From: Eledone cirrhosa
Lineage: Eukaryota
Direction: 5' to 3'
DNA length: 64,000 bases
NCBI GenBank assembly: GCA_964016885.1
Contig: OZ024741.1
Span: 255,998,001-256,062,000, forward strand
Both the position numbers and the translations under genes were made by a program. Positions 27,557 through 42,775 of the stretch are shown here, one piece after another. The notes beneath the pieces are model-generated. The model saw only the letters and a list, made by a program, of their open reading frames with translations, did no database searches and was not told the DNA's origin. How positions within the stretch are numbered: the stretch's first letter is position 1; each line of letters opens with the position of its first letter.

Positions 27557-29228
27557 TTACGAGTGTTTCGACTTACGAGTGTTTCGACATACGAGTGTTT
27601 CGGCTTACGAGTGTTTTGATTTACGAGTGTTTTGACTTACGGGTGCTTCGACTTACGCGTGTTTCGACTTACGAGTGTTTCGACTTACGAGTGTTTCGAC
27701 TTACGAGTGTTTCGGCTTACGAGTGTTTTGACTTACGAATGTTTTGACTTACGAGTGTTTCGGCTTACGAGTGTTTCGACTTACGAGTGTTCTGACTACG
27801 AGTGTTCTGACTTACGGGTGTTCTGACTTACGAGTGTTCCGACTTACGAGTGTTTCGGCTTATGAGTGTTTCGACTTACGAGTGCTTCGACTTACGAGTG
27901 TTTCGGCTTACGGGTGTTTCGACTTACGAATGTTTTTGCTTACGAGTGTTTCGGCTTACGAGTGTTTCGGCTTATGAGTGTTTCGACTTACGAGTGTTTT
28001 GACTTACGGGTGATTTGACATACGAGTGTTTCGATACGATTGTTCTGACTTACGAGTGTTTTCGCTTACGAGTGTTTCGGCTTACGAGTGTTTCGACTTA
28101 CTAATGTTTTTGCTTACGAGTGTTTCGGTGTACGAGTGTTTCGACTTAAGGATGTTTCGACTTACGAGTGTTTCGACTTACGAGTGTTTCGACTTACGAG
28201 TGTTTCGACTTACGAGTGTTTTGGCTTACGAATGTTTTGATTTACGGGTGTTTCGACTTACGAGTGTTTCGGCTTATGAGTGTTTCGACTTACGGGCGTT
28301 TCGACTTACGGGTGTTTCGACTTACGAGTGTTTTGGCTTACGAATGTTTTGACTTACGGGTGTTTCGACTTACGAGTGTTTCGACTTATGAGTGTTTCGA
28401 CTTACGAGTGTTTCGGCTTATGAGTGTTTCGACTTACGAGTGCTTCGGCTTACGAGTGTTTCGACTTACGAGTATTTCGGCTTACGAGTGTTTCGACGTA
28501 CGAATGTTTTGGCTTACGAGTGTTTCGGCTTATGAGTGTTTCGGCTTACGAGTGTTTCGACTTACGAGTGTTTCGGCTAACGAGTGTTTCAGTGTTTCGG
28601 CTTACGTGTGTTTCGACTTACGAGTGTTTCGACTTACGACTGTTTCGACTTACGAGTGTTTCGGCTTACGAGTGTTTCGGCTTACGAGTGTTTTGACTTA
28701 CGATTGTTTGGCTTACGAGTGTTCTGACTTACGGGTGTTCTGACTTACGAGTGTTCCGACTTACGAGTGTTTTGGCTTATGAGGGTTTCGACTTACGAGT
28801 GCTTCGGCTTACGAGTGTTTCGACTTACGAGTGTTTCGGCTTGCGAGTGTTTCGACTTACGAGTGTTTCGACTTACGAGTGTTTCGACTTACGAGTGTTT
28901 CGAATTACGAGTGTTTCGACTTACGAGTGTTTTGACTTACGAGTGTTTTGACTTACGGTGTTTCTGCTTACGAGTGTTTCGACTTACGAGTGTTATGACT
29001 TACGGGTGTTTTGACATACGAGTGTTTCGACTTACGAGTGTTTTGACTTACGGGTGTTTTGACATACGAGTGTTTCGATACGAGTGTTCTGACTTACGAG
29101 TGTTCTGACTTACGAGTGTTCTGACTTTCGAGTGTTCTGACTTACGAGTGTTCTGACTTACGAGTGTTCCGACTTTACGAGTGTTTCGGTTCACGAGTGT
29201 TTCGGCTTACGAGTGTTTCGACTTACGA

Positions 29229-29305
29229 AAATAACATATAGACGCGGTTTCAAATCTCTTTGCTTTTCAAATTCATTACATTAATCTTTATTTATACGTT
29301 TCGCT
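29229..29305 (+). repeat. 77-bp interruption, copy 9 (AACATAT / CTCTTTG subtype)
   Basis: Counterpart of copy 7 at +5734. Confidence 0.95.
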
Positions 29306-32300
29306 TTACGAGTGTTTCGACTTACGAGTGTTTCGACATACGAGTGTTTCGGCTTACGAGTGTTTTGATTTACGAGTGTTTTGACTTACGGGTGCTTCGA
29401 CTTACGCGTGTTTCGACTTACGAGTGTTTCGACTTACGAGTGTTTCGACTTACGAGTGTTTCGGCTTACGAGTGTTTTGACTTACGAATGTTTTGACTTA
29501 CGATTGTTTCGGCTTACGAGTGTTTCGACTTACGAGTGTTCTGACTACGAGTGTTCTGACTTACGGGTGTTCTGACTTACGAGTGTTCCGACTTACGAGT
29601 GTTTCGACTTACGAGTGTTTCGGCTTACGGGTGTTTCGACTTATGAGTGTTTCGACTTACGAGTGTTTTGACTTACGGGTGTTTTGACATACGAGTGTTT
29701 CGATACGATTGTTCTGACTTACGAGTGTTTCCGCTTACGAGTGTTTCGGCTTACGAGTGTTTCGACTTACTAATGTTTTTACTTACGAGTGTTTCGGTGT
29801 ACGAGTGTTTCGACTTAAGGATGTTTCAACTTACGAGTGTTTCGACTTACGAGTGTTTCGACTTACGAGTGTTTCGACTTACGAGTGTTTTGGCTTACGA
29901 ATGTTTTGACTTACGGGTGTTTCGACTTACGAGTGTTTCGGCTTATGAGTGTTTCGACTTACGGGCGTTTCGACTTACGGGTGTTTCGATTTAAGAGTGT
30001 TTTGGCTTACGAATGTTTTGACTTACGGGTGTTTCGACTTCCGAGTGTTTCGACTTATGAGTGTTTCGACTTACGAGTGTTTCGGCTTATGAGTGTTTCG
30101 ACTTACGAGTGCTTCGGCTTACGAGTGTTTCGACTTACGAGTATTTCGGCTTACGAGTTTTTCGACGTACGAATGTTTTGGCTTACGAGTGTTTCGGCTT
30201 ATGAGTGTTTCGGCTTACGAGTGTTTCGACTTACGAGTGTTTCGGCTTACGTGTGTTTCGACTTACGAGTGTTTCGACTTACGACTGTTTCGGCTTACGA
30301 GTGTTTCGGCTTACGAGTGTTTCGGCTTACGAGTGTTCTGACTTACGGGTATTCTGACTTACGAGTGTTCCGACTTACGAGTGTTTCGGCTTATGAGGGT
30401 TTCGACTTACGAGTGCTTCGGCTTACGAGTGTTTCGACTTACGAGTGTTTCGACTTACGAGTGTTTCGACTTACGAGTGTTTCGACTTACGAGTGTTTTG
30501 ACTTACGGTGTTTCGGCTTACGAGTGTTTCGACATACGAGTGTTTTGACGTACGGGTGTTTCGACTTACGGGTCTTTCGACTTAAGAGTGTTTCGACTTA
30601 CGAGCGCTTCGACTTACGAGTGTTTCGGCGTATGAGTGTTTTGACTTACGAGTGTTTCGACTTACGAGTGTTTCGACTTACGAGAGTTTCGAATTACGAG
30701 TGTTTCGACTTACGAGTGTTTTGACTTACGAGTGTTTTGACTTACGGTGTTTCTGCTTACGAGTGTTTCGACTTACGAGTGTTATGACTTACGGGTGATT
30801 TGACATACGAGTGTTTCGACTTACGAGTGTTTTGACTTACGGGTGTTTTGACATACAAGTGTTTCGATACGAGTGTTCTGACTTACGAGTGTTCTGACTT
30901 ACGAGTGTTCTGACTTACGAGTGTTTCGACATACGAGTGTTTTGACTTACGGGTTTTTCGACTTACGAGTGTTTTGACTTACGAATGTTTTGACTTACGG
31001 GTGTTTCGGCTTACGAGTGTTTCGACTTACGAGTGTTTCGGCTTACGAGTGTTTCGACTTATTAATGTTTTTACTTACGAGTGTTTCGGCGTACGAGAGT
31101 TTTGACTTACGAGTGTTTCGACTTACGAGTGTTTTGAATTACGAGTGTTTTGACTTAAGGGTGTTTCGACTTACGAGTATTTTTGGCTTACGAGTGTTTC
31201 GACTTACGAGTGTTTTGACTTACGAGTTTTCTGATTTACGGATGTTTCGACATACGAGTGTTTCGACTTACGAGTGTTTCGACTTATGAGTGTTTCGACT
31301 TACGAGTGTTTCGACTTACGAGTGTTTCGGCTTATGATTGTTTCGACTTACGAGTGTTTTGACTTACGGTGTTTCAGCTTACGAGTGTTTCGACTTACGA
31401 GTGTTTTGACTTACGGGTGTTTTGACATACGAGTGTTTCGATACGAGTGTTCTGACTTACGAGTGTTCTGACTTACGAGTGTTCCGACTTACGAGTGTTC
31501 CGACTTACGAGTGTTTCGGCTTACGAGTGTTTCCGGCTTACGAGTGTTTCGACTTACGAGTGTTTTGACTTTCGGTGTTTCGGCTTACGAGTGTTTCGAC
31601 TTACGAGTGTTTTGACTTACGGGTGTTTTGACTTACGGGTGTTGTGAATTACGAGTGTTCCGATTTACGAGTGTTTTGACTTACGGTGTTTCGGCTTACG
31701 AGTGATTCGACTTACGAATGTTTTGACTTACGGGTGTTTCGGCTTGCGAGTGTTTCGACTTACGAGTGTTTCGGCTTATGAGTGTTTCGACTTACTAATG
31801 TTTTTACTTACGAGTGTTCTGACTTACGACTGTTCCGACTTACGAGTGTTCCGACTTACGAGTGTTTCCGGCTTACGAGTGTTTCGACTTACGAGTGTTT
31901 CGACTTACGAGTGTTTTGACTTACGGTGTTTCGACTTACGAGTGATTCGACTTACGAGTGTTTTGACTTACGGGTGTTTTGACTTACGGGTGTTGTGAAT
32001 TACGAGTGTTCCGATTTACGAGTGTTTTGACTTACGGTGTTTCGGCTTACGAGTGATTCGACTTACGAATGTTTTGACTTACGGGTGTTTCGGCTTGCTA
32101 GTGTTTCGACTTACGAGTGTTTCGGCTTATGAGTGTTTCGACTTACTACTGTTTTTACTTACGAGTGTTTCGGCGTACGAGTGTTTTGACTTACGAGTGT
32201 TTCGAATTACGAGTGTTTTGACTTACGAATGTTTTGACATACGGGTGTTTCGGCTTACGAGTGTTTCGACTTACGAGTGTTTCGGCTTGCGAGTGTTTCG

Positions 32301-32960
32301 ACTTACTAATGTTTTTACTTACGAGTTTTTCGGCGTACGAGTGTTTCGACTTACGAGTGTTTCGACTTACGGGTGTTTTGACTTAAGGGTGTTTCGACTT
32401 ACAAGTGTTTCGACTTACGAGTGTTTCGACTTACGAGTGTTCTGACTTACGAGTGTTCTGATTTACGGATGTTTCGACATACGAGTGTTTCGACTTACGA
32501 ATGTTTCGACTTACGAGTGTTTTGACTTACGGGTGTTTTGACATACGAGTATTTCGATACGAGTGTTTCGACTTACGAGTGTTCTGACTTACGAGTGTTC
32601 TGACTTACGAGTGTTCTGACTTACGAGTGTTCTGATTTACGAGTGTTCCGACTTACGAGTGTTTCGGCTTACGAGTGTTTCGGCTTACGAGTGTTTCGAC
32701 TTACGAGTGTTTCGACTTACGAGTGTTCCGACTTACGGGTGTTTCGACTTACGAGTGGTTTGGCTTACGGTGTTTCGGCTTACGAGTGTTTCGAGTTACG
32801 AGTGTTTTGACTTACGCGTGTTTTGACATACGAGTGTTTCGATACGAGTGTTCTGACTTACGAGTGTTCTGACTTACGAGTGTTCTGACTTACGAGTGTT
32901 CCGACTTTACGAGTGTTTCGGCTCACGAGTGTTTCGGCTTACGAGTGTTTCGACTTACGA

Positions 32961-33037
32961 AAATGACAAATAGACGCGGTTTCAAATCTCTATGAATTTC
33001 AAATTCATTACATTAATCTTTATTTATACGTTTCGCT
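32961..33037 (+). repeat. 77-bp interruption, copy 10 (AAATGAC, palindromic ATGAATTT-C-AAATTCAT subtype)
   Basis: Palindrome at 32992-33008. Confidence 0.95.
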
Positions 33038-33893
33038 TTACGAGTGTTTCGACTTACGAGTGTTTCGACATACGAGTGTTTCGACTTCCGAATGTTTTTG
33101 CTTACGGGTGTTTCGACTTACAAATGTTTCGGCTTACGAGTGTTTCGACTTACGAGTATTTCGGCTTACGAGTTTTTCGACGTACGAATGTTTTGGCTTA
33201 CGAGTGTTTCGGCTTATGAGTGTTTCGGCTTACGAGTGTTTCGACTTACGAGTGTTTCGGCTTACGTGTGTTTCGACTTACGAGTGTTTCGACTTACGAC
33301 TGTTTCGGCTTACGAGTGTTTCGGCTTACGAGTGTTTCGGCTTACGAGTGTTCTGACTTACGGGTATTCTGACATACGAGTGTTCCGACTTACGAGTGTT
33401 TCGGCTTATGAGGGTTTCGACTTACGAGTGCTTCGGCTTACGAGTGTTTCGACTTACAAGTGTTTCGACTTACGAGTGTTTCGACTTACGAGTGTTTTGA
33501 CTTACGGTGTTTCGGCTTACTAGTGTTTCGACATACGAGTGTTTTGACGTACGGGTGTTTCGACTTACGGGTCTTTCGACTTAAGAGTGTTTCGACTTAC
33601 GAGCGCTTCGACTTACGAGTGTTTCGACTTACGAGTGTTTCGGCGTATGAGTGTTTTGACTTACGAGTGTTTCGACTTACGAGTGTTTCGACTTACGAGT
33701 GTTTCGAATTACGAGTGTTTCGACTTACGAGTGTTTTGACTTACGAGTGTTTTGACTTACGGTGTTTCTGCTTACGAGTGTTTCGACTTACGAGTGTTAT
33801 GACTTACGGGTGTTTTGACATACGAGTGTTTCGACTTACGAGTGTTTTGACTTACGGGTGTTTTGACATACAAGTGTTTCGATACGAGTGTTC

Positions 33894-36800
33894 TGACTTA
33901 CGAGTGTTCTGACTTACGAGTGTTCTGACTTACGAGTGTTTCGACATACGAGTGTTTTGACTTACGGGTTTTTCGACTTACGAGTGTTTCGGCTTACGTG
34001 AGTTTCGACTTAAGATTGTTCTGATTTACGAGTGTTCTGACTTACGAGTGTTTCGGCTTATGAGTGTTTCGACTTACGAGTGTTTCGGCTTACGAGTGTT
34101 TCGACTGATGGGTGTTTCGACTTACGAGTGTTTTTACTTACGGTGTTTCGGCTTACGAGTGTTTCGACATACGAGTGTTTTGACTTACGGGTGTTTCGGC
34201 TTACGAGTGTTTCGACTTACGAGTGTTTTGACTTACGGGTGTTTCGACTTACGAGTATTTTTGGCTTACGAGTGTTTCGACTTACGAGTGTTTTGACTTA
34301 CGAGTGTTCTGATTTACGGATGTTTCGACATACGAGTGTTTCGACTTACGAGTGTTTCGACTTATGAGTGTTTCGACTTACGAGTGTTTCGGCTTACGAG
34401 TGTTTCGACTTACGAGTGTTTTGACTTACGGTGTTTCGGCTTACGAGTGTTTCGACTTACGAGTGTTTTGACTTACGGGTGTTTTGACATACGAGTGTTT
34501 CGATACGAGTGTTCTGACTTACGAGTGTTCTGACTTACGAGTGTTTTGACTTACGAGTGTTCTGACTTACGAGTGTTCCGACTTACGAGTGTTCCGACTT
34601 ACGAGTGTTTCGGCTTACGAGTGTTTACGGCTTACGAGTGTTTCGACTTCCGAGTGTTTTGACTTACGGTGTTTCGGCTTACGAGTGATTCGACTTACGA
34701 ATGTTTTGACTTACGGGTGATTTGACTTACGGGTGTTGTGAATTACGAGTGTTCCGATTTACTAGTGTTTTGACTTACGGTGTTTCGGCTTACGAGTGAT
34801 TCGACTTACGAATGTTTTGACTTACGGCTGTTTCGGCTTGCGAGTGTTTCGACTTACGAGTGTTTCGGCTTATGGGTGTTTCGACTTACTAATGTTTTTA
34901 CTTACGAGTGTTTCGGCGTACGAGTGTTTTGACTTACGAGTGTTTCGACTTACGAGTGTTTCGACTTACGAGTCTTTCGGCTTACGTGAGTTTCGACTTA
35001 AGAGTGTTCTGATTTACGAGTGTTCTGACTTGCGGGTGTTCTGATTTACGAGTGTTCCGACTTACGAGTGTTTCGGCTTATTAGTGTTTCGACTTACGAG
35101 TGTTTCGGCTTACGAGTGTTTCGACTTATGGGTGTTTCGACTTACGAGTGTTTTTACTTACGGTGTTTCGGCTTACGAGTGTTTTGACTTACGAATGTTT
35201 TGACTTACGGGTTTTTCGGCTTACGAGTGTTTCGACTTACGAGTGTTTCGGCTTACGAGTGTTTCGACTTACTAATGTTCTTACTTACGAGTGTTTCGGC
35301 GTACGAGAGTTTTGACTTACGAGTGTTTCGACTTACGAGTGTTTCGACTTACGAGTGTTTTAACTTACGAATGTTTTGACTTACGGGTGTTTCGGCTTAC
35401 GAGTGTTTCGACTTACGAGTCTTTCGGCTTACGAGTGTTTCGACTTACTAATGTTTTTACTTACGAGTGTTTCGGCGTACGAGTGTTTCGACTTACGAGT
35501 GTTTCGACTTACGGGTGTTTTGACTTACGGGTGTTTCGGCTTACGAGTGTTTTGACTTACGAGTGTTTTGACTTAAGGGTGTTTCGACTTACGAGTATTT
35601 TTGGCTTACGAGTGTTTCGACTTACGAGTGTTTTGACTTACGAGTGTTCTGATTTACGGATGGTTCGACATACGAGTGTTTCGACTTACGAGTGTTTCGA
35701 CTTATGACTGTTTCGACTTACGAGTGTTTCGGCTTATGAGTGTTTCGACTTACGAGTGCTTCGGCTTACGAGTGTTTCGACTTACGAGTATTTCGGCTTT
35801 CGAGTGTTTCGACGTAAGAATGTTTTGGCTTACGAGTGTTTCGGCTTATGAGTGTTTCGGCCTACGAGTGTTTCGACTTACGAGTGTTTCGGCTTACGAG
35901 TGTTTCAGTGTTTCGGCTTACGTGTGTTTCGACTTACGAGTGTTTCGACTTACGGGTGTTTTGACTTACGGGTGTTTCGGCTTACGAGTGTTTTGACTTA
36001 CGAGTGTTTTGACTTAAGGTTGTTTCGACTGACGAGTATTTTTGGCTTACGAGTGTTTCCACTTACGAGTGTTTTGACTTACGAGTGTTCTGATTTACGG
36101 ATGTTTCGACATACGAGTGTTTCGACTTACGAGTGTTTCGACTTATGAGTGTTTCGACTTACGAGTGTTTCGGCTTATGAGTGTTTCGACTTACGAGTGC
36201 TTCGGCTTACGAGTGTTTCGACTTACGAGTATTTCGGCTTACGAGTGTTTCGACGTACGAGTGTTTCGGCTTACGAGTGTTTCAGTGTTTCGGCTTACGT
36301 GTGTTTCGACTTACGATTGTTTCGACTTACGACTGTTTCGGCTTACGAGTGTTTCGGCTTGCGAGTGTTTCGGCTTACGAGTGTTTTGACTTACGAGTGT
36401 TTTGACTTACGATTGTTTGGCTTACGAGTGTTCTGACTTACGGGTGTTCTGACTTTCGAATGTTCCGACTTACGAGTGTTTCGGCTTATGAGGGTTTCGA
36501 CTTACGAGTGCTTCGGCTTACGAGTGTTTCGACTTACGAGTGTTTCGGCTTACGAGTGTTTCGACTTACGAGTGTTTCGACTTACGAGTGTTTTGACTTA
36601 CGGTGTTTCGGCTTACGAGTGTTTCGACATACGAGTGTTTTGACGTACGGGTGTTTCGACTTACGGGTCTTTCGACTTAAGAGTGTTTCTACTACCGAGC
36701 GCTTCGACTTACGAGTGTTTCGACTTACGAGTGTTTCGGCGTATGAGTGTTTTGACTTACGAGTGTTTCGACTTACGAGTGTTTCGAATTACGAGTGTTT

Positions 36801-39754
36801 CGACTTACGAGTGTTTTGACTTACGAGTGTTCTGACTTACGAGTGTTCTGACTTACGAGTGTTTCGACATACGAGTGTTTTGACTTACGGGTTTTTCGAC
36901 TTACGAGTGTTTCGGCTTACGTGAGTTTCGACTTAAGATTGTTCTGATTTACGAGTGTTCTGACTTACGAGTGTTTCGGCTTATGAGTGTTTCGACTTAC
37001 GAGTGTTTCGGCTTACGAGTGTTTCGACTGATGGGTGTTTCGACTTACGAGTGTTTTTACTTACGGTGTTTCGGCTTACGAGTGTTTCGACATACGAGTG
37101 TTTTGACTTACGGGTGTTTCGGCTTACGAGTGTTTCGACTTACGAGTGTTTTGACTTACGGGTGTTTCGACTTACGAGTATTTTTGGCTTACGAGTGTTT
37201 CGACTTACGAGTGTTTTGACTTACGAGTGTTCTGATTTACGGATGTTTCGACATACGAGTGTTTCGACTTACGAGTGTTTCGACTTATGAGTGTTTCGAC
37301 TTACGAGTGTTTCGGCTTACGAGTGTTTCGACTTACGAGTGTTTTGACTTACGGTGTTTCGGCTTACGAGTGTTTCGACTTACGAGTGTTTTGACTTACG
37401 GGTGTTTTGACATACGAGTGTTTCGATACGAGTGTTCTGACTTACGAGTGTTCTGACTTACGAGTGTTTTGACTTACGAGTGTTCTGACTTACGAGTGTT
37501 CCGACTTACGAGTGTTCCGACTTACGAGTGTTTCGGCTTACGAGTGTTTACGGCTTACGAGTGTTTCGACTTCCGAGTGTTTTGACTTACGGTGTTTCGG
37601 CTTACGAGTGATTCGACTTACGAATGTTTTGACTTACGGGTGATTTGACTTACGGGTGTTGTGAATTACGAGTGTTCCGATTTACTAGTGTTTTGACTTA
37701 CGGTGTTTCGGCTTACGAGTGATTCGACTTACGAATGTTTTGACTTACGGCTGTTTCGGCTTGCGAGTGTTTCGACTTACGAGTGTTTCGGCTTATGGGT
37801 GTTTCGACTTACTAATGTTTTTACTTACGAGTGTTTCGGCGTACGAGTGTTTTGACTTACGAGTGTTTCGACTTACGAGTGTTTCGACTTACGAGTCTTT
37901 CGGCTTACGTGAGTTTCGACTTAAGAGTGTTCTGATTTACGAGTGTTCTGACTTGCGGGTGTTCTGATTTACGAGTGTTCCGACTTACGAGTGTTTCGGC
38001 TTATTAGTGTTTCGACTTACGAGTGTTTCGGCTTACGAGTGTTTCGACTTATGGGTGTTTCGACTTACGAGTGTTTTTACTTACGGTGTTTCGGCTTACG
38101 AGTGTTTTGACTTACGAATGTTTTGACTTACGGGTTTTTCGGCTTACGAGTGTTTCGACTTACGAGTGTTTCGGCTTACGAGTGTTTCGACTTACTAATG
38201 TTCTTACTTACGAGTGTTTCGGCGTACGAGAGTTTTGACTTACGAGTGTTTCGACTTACGAGTGTTTCGACTTACGAGTGTTTTAACTTACGAATGTTTT
38301 GACTTACGGGTGTTTCGGCTTACGAGTGTTTCGACTTACGAGTCTTTCGGCTTACGAGTGTTTCGACTTACTAATGTTTTTACTTACGAGTGTTTCGGCG
38401 TACGAGTGTTTCGACTTACGAGTGTTTCGACTTACGGGTGTTTTGACTTACGGGTGTTTCGGCTTACGAGTGTTTTGACTTACGAGTGTTTTGACTTAAG
38501 GGTGTTTCGACTTACGAGTATTTTTGGCTTACGAGTGTTTCGACTTACGAGTGTTTTGACTTACGAGTGTTCTGATTTACGGATGGTTCGACATACGAGT
38601 GTTTCGACTTACGAGTGTTTCGACTTATGACTGTTTCGACTTACGAGTGTTTCGGCTTATGAGTGTTTCGACTTACGAGTGCTTCGGCTTACGAGTGTTT
38701 CGACTTACGAGTATTTCGGCTTTCGAGTGTTTCGACGTAAGAATGTTTTGGCTTACGAGTGTTTCGGCTTATGAGTGTTTCGGCCTACGAGTGTTTCGAC
38801 TTACGAGTGTTTCGGCTTACGAGTGTTTCAGTGTTTCGGCTTACGTGTGTTTCGACTTACGAGTGTTTCGACTTACGGGTGTTTTGACTTACGGGTGTTT
38901 CGGCTTACGAGTGTTTTGACTTACGAGTGTTTTGACTTAAGGTTGTTTCGACTGACGAGTATTTTTGGCTTACGAGTGTTTCCACTTACGAGTGTTTTGA
39001 CTTACGAGTGTTCTGATTTACGGATGTTTCGACATACGAGTGTTTCGACTTACGAGTGTTTCGACTTATGAGTGTTTCGACTTACGAGTGTTTCGGCTTA
39101 TGAGTGTTTCGACTTACGAGTGCTTCGGCTTACGAGTGTTTCGACTTACGAGTATTTCGGCTTACGAGTGTTTCGACGTACGAGTGTTTCGGCTTACGAG
39201 TGTTTCAGTGTTTCGGCTTACGTGTGTTTCGACTTACGATTGTTTCGACTTACGACTGTTTCGGCTTACGAGTGTTTCGGCTTGCGAGTGTTTCGGCTTA
39301 CGAGTGTTTTGACTTACGAGTGTTTTGACTTACGATTGTTTGGCTTACGAGTGTTCTGACTTACGGGTGTTCTGACTTTCGAATGTTCCGACTTACGAGT
39401 GTTTCGGCTTATGAGGGTTTCGACTTACGAGTGCTTCGGCTTACGAGTGTTTCGACTTACGAGTGTTTCGGCTTACGAGTGTTTCGACTTACGAGTGTTT
39501 CGACTTACGAGTGTTTTGACTTACGGTGTTTCGGCTTACGAGTGTTTCGACATACGAGTGTTTTGACGTACGGGTGTTTCGACTTACGGGTCTTTCGACT
39601 TAAGAGTGTTTCTACTACCGAGCGCTTCGACTTACGAGTGTTTCGACTTACGAGTGTTTCGGCGTATGAGTGTTTTGACTTACGAGTGTTTCGACTTACG
39701 AGTGTTTCGAATTACGAGTGTTTCGACTTACGAGTGTTTTGACTTACGAGTGTT
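33894..39754 (+). repeat. Higher-order tandem duplication, 2,923-bp unit x2
   Basis: Constant ORF offset +2923 (34048/36971 through 36460/39383). Junction near 36817-36831. Confidence 0.92.
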
Positions 39755-41133
39755 TTGACTTCGGTGTTTCTGCTTACGAGTGTTTCGACTTACGAGTGTT
39801 ATGACTTACGGGTGTTTTCACATACGAGTGTTTCGACTTACGAGTGTTTTGACTTACGGGTGTTTTGACATACGAGTGTTTCGATACGAGTGTTCTGACT
39901 TACGAGTGTTCTGACTTACGAGTGTTCTGACTTACGAGTGTTTCGACATACGAGTGTTTTGACTTACGGGTGTTTCGACTTACGAGTGTTTTCACTTACG
40001 AATGTTTTGACTTACGGGTGTTTCGGCTTACGAGTGTTTCGACTTACGAGTGTTTCGGCTTACGAGTGTTTCGACTTACTAATATTTTTACTTACGAGTG
40101 TTTCGGCGTACGAGAGTTTTGACTTACGCGTGTTTCGACTTACGAGTGTTTTGACTTACGAGTATTTTGACTTACGAATGTTTTGACTTACGGGTGTTTC
40201 GGCTTACGAGTGTTTCGACTTACGAGTCTTTCGGCTTACGAGTGTTTCGACTTACTAATGTTTTTACTTACGAGTGTTTCGGCGTACGAGTGTTTCGACT
40301 TCCGAGTGTTTCGACTTACGGGTGTTTTGACTGACGGGTGTATCGGCTTACGAGTGTTTTGACTTACGAGTGTTTTGACTTAAGGGTGTTTCGACTTACG
40401 AGTATTTTTGGCTTACGAGTGTTTCGACTTACGAGTGTTTTGACTTACGAGTGTTCTGATTTACGGATGTTTCGACATACGAGTGTTTCGACTTACGAGT
40501 GTTTCGACTTATGAGTGTTTCGACTTACGAGTGTTTCGACTTACGAGTGTTTCGGCTTGTGATTGTTTCGACTTACGAGTGTTTTGACTTACGGTGTTTC
40601 AGCTTACGAGTGTTTCGACTTACGAGTGTTTTGACTTACGGGTGTTTTGACATACGAGTGTTTCGATACGAGTGTTCTGACTTACGAGTGTTCTGACTTA
40701 CGAGTGTTTTGACTTACGAGTGTTCTGACTTACGAGTGTTCCGACTTACGAGTGTTCCGACTTACGAGTGTTTCGGCTTACGAGTGTTTTGACTTAAGGG
40801 TGTTTCGACTTACGAGTGTTTCGATACGAGTGTTTCGACTTACGAGTGTTTCGGCTTACGAGTGTTTCGACTTACGAGTGTTTCGACTTACGAGTGTTCC
40901 GACTTACGGGTGTTTCGACTTACGAGTGTTTTGGCTTACGGTGTTTCGACTTACGAGTGTTTCGAGTTAAGAGTGTTTTGACTTACGAGTGTTCTGATTT
41001 ACGAGTGTTCTGACTTACGAGTGTTCTGACTTACGAGTGTTCTGACTTACGAGTGTTCTGACTTACGAGTGTTCCGACTTTACGAGTGTTTCGGCTCACG
41101 AGTGTTTCGGCTTACGAGTGTTTCGACTTACGA

Positions 41134-41210
41134 AAATAACAAATAGACGCGGTTTCAAATCTCTATGCTTTTCAAATTCATTACATTAATCTTTATTTAT
41201 ACGTTTCGCT
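41134..41210 (+). repeat. 77-bp interruption, copy 11
   Basis: Majority-type 77-mer. Confidence 0.95.
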
Positions 41211-42775
41211 TTACGAGTGTTTCGACTTACGAGTGTTTCGACATACGAGTGTTTCGACTTACGAATGTTTTTGCTTACGGGTGTTTCGACTTACGAATGT
41301 TTTTGCTTACGAGTGTTTCGGTTTACGAGTGTTCCGACTTACGAGTGTTCCGACTTACGAGTGTTTCGGCTTACGTGTGTTTCCGGCTTACGAGTGTTTC
41401 AACTTACGAGTGTTCTGAATTACGAGTGTTCTGATTTACGGATGTTTCGACACACGAGTGTTTCCAATTACGAGTGTTTCGACTTACGAGTGTTTTGACT
41501 TACGGGTGTTTTGACATACGAGTGTTTCGATACGAGTGTTTCGACTTATGAGTGTTTCGACTTACGAGTGTTCTGACTTACGAGTGTTCTGACTTACGAG
41601 TGTTCTGATTTACGGATGTTTCGACACACGAGTGTTTCGATACGAGTGTTTCGACTTACGAGTGTTTCGACTTATGAGTGTTTCGACTTACGAGTGTTCT
41701 GACTTATGAGTGTTTCGACTTACGAGTGTTTTGACTTACGGTGTTTCGACTTACGAGTGATTCGACTTACGAGTGTTTTGACTTACGGGTGTTTTGACTT
41801 ACGGGTGTTGTGAATTACGAGTGTTCCGATTTACGAGTGTTTTGACTTACGGTGTTTCGGCTTACGAGTGATTCGACTTACGAATGTTTTGACTTACGGG
41901 TGTTTCGGCTTGCTAGTGTTTCGACTTACGAGTGTTTCGGCTTATGAGTGTTTCGACTTACTACTGTTTTTACTTACGAGTGTTTCGGCGTACGAGTGTT
42001 TTGACTTACGAGTGTTTCGAATTACGAGTGTTTTGACTTACGAATGTTTTGACATACGGGTGTTTCGGCTTACGAGTGTTTCGACTTACGAGTGTTTCGG
42101 CTTGCGAGTGTTTCGACTTACTAATGTTTTTACTTACGAGTTTTTCGGCGTACGAGTGTTTCGACTTACGAGTGTTTCGACTTACGGGTGTTTTGACTTA
42201 AGGGTGTTTCGACTTACAAGTGTTTCGACTTACGAGTGTTTCGACTTACGAGTGTTCTGACTTACGAGTGTTCTGATTTACGGATGTTTCGACATACGAG
42301 TGTTTCGACTTACGAATGTTTCGACTTACGAGTGTTTTGACTTACGGGTGTTTTGACATACGAGTATTTCGATACGAGTGTTTCGACTTACGAGTGTTCT
42401 GACTTACGAGTGTTCTGACTTACGAGTGTTCTGACTTACGAGTGTTCTGATTTACGAGTGTTCCGACTTACGAGTGTTTCGGCTTACGAGTGTTTCGGCT
42501 TACGAGTGTTTCGACTTACGAGTGTTTCGACTTACGAGTGTTCCGACTTACGGGTGTTTCGACTTACGAGTGGTTTGGCTTACGGTGTTTCGGCTTACGA
42601 GTGTTTCGAGTTACGAGTGTTTTGACTTACGCGTGTTTTGACATACGAGTGTTTCGATACGAGTGTTCTGACTTACGAGTGTTCTGACTTACGAGTGTTC
42701 TGACTTACGAGTGTTCCGACTTTACGAGTGTTTCGGCTCACGAGTGTTTCGGCTTACGAGTGTTTCGACTTACGA

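Larger units (their letters stand above)
21302..32777 (+). repeat. Higher-order tandem duplication, 5,734-bp unit x2 (21302-27035, 27036-32769)
   Basis: ORF strings from 21380 to 26319 recur at a constant +5734 (e.g. 21777/27511, 24103/29837, 26319/32053). Junction read at 27036-27043. Confidence 0.93.
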
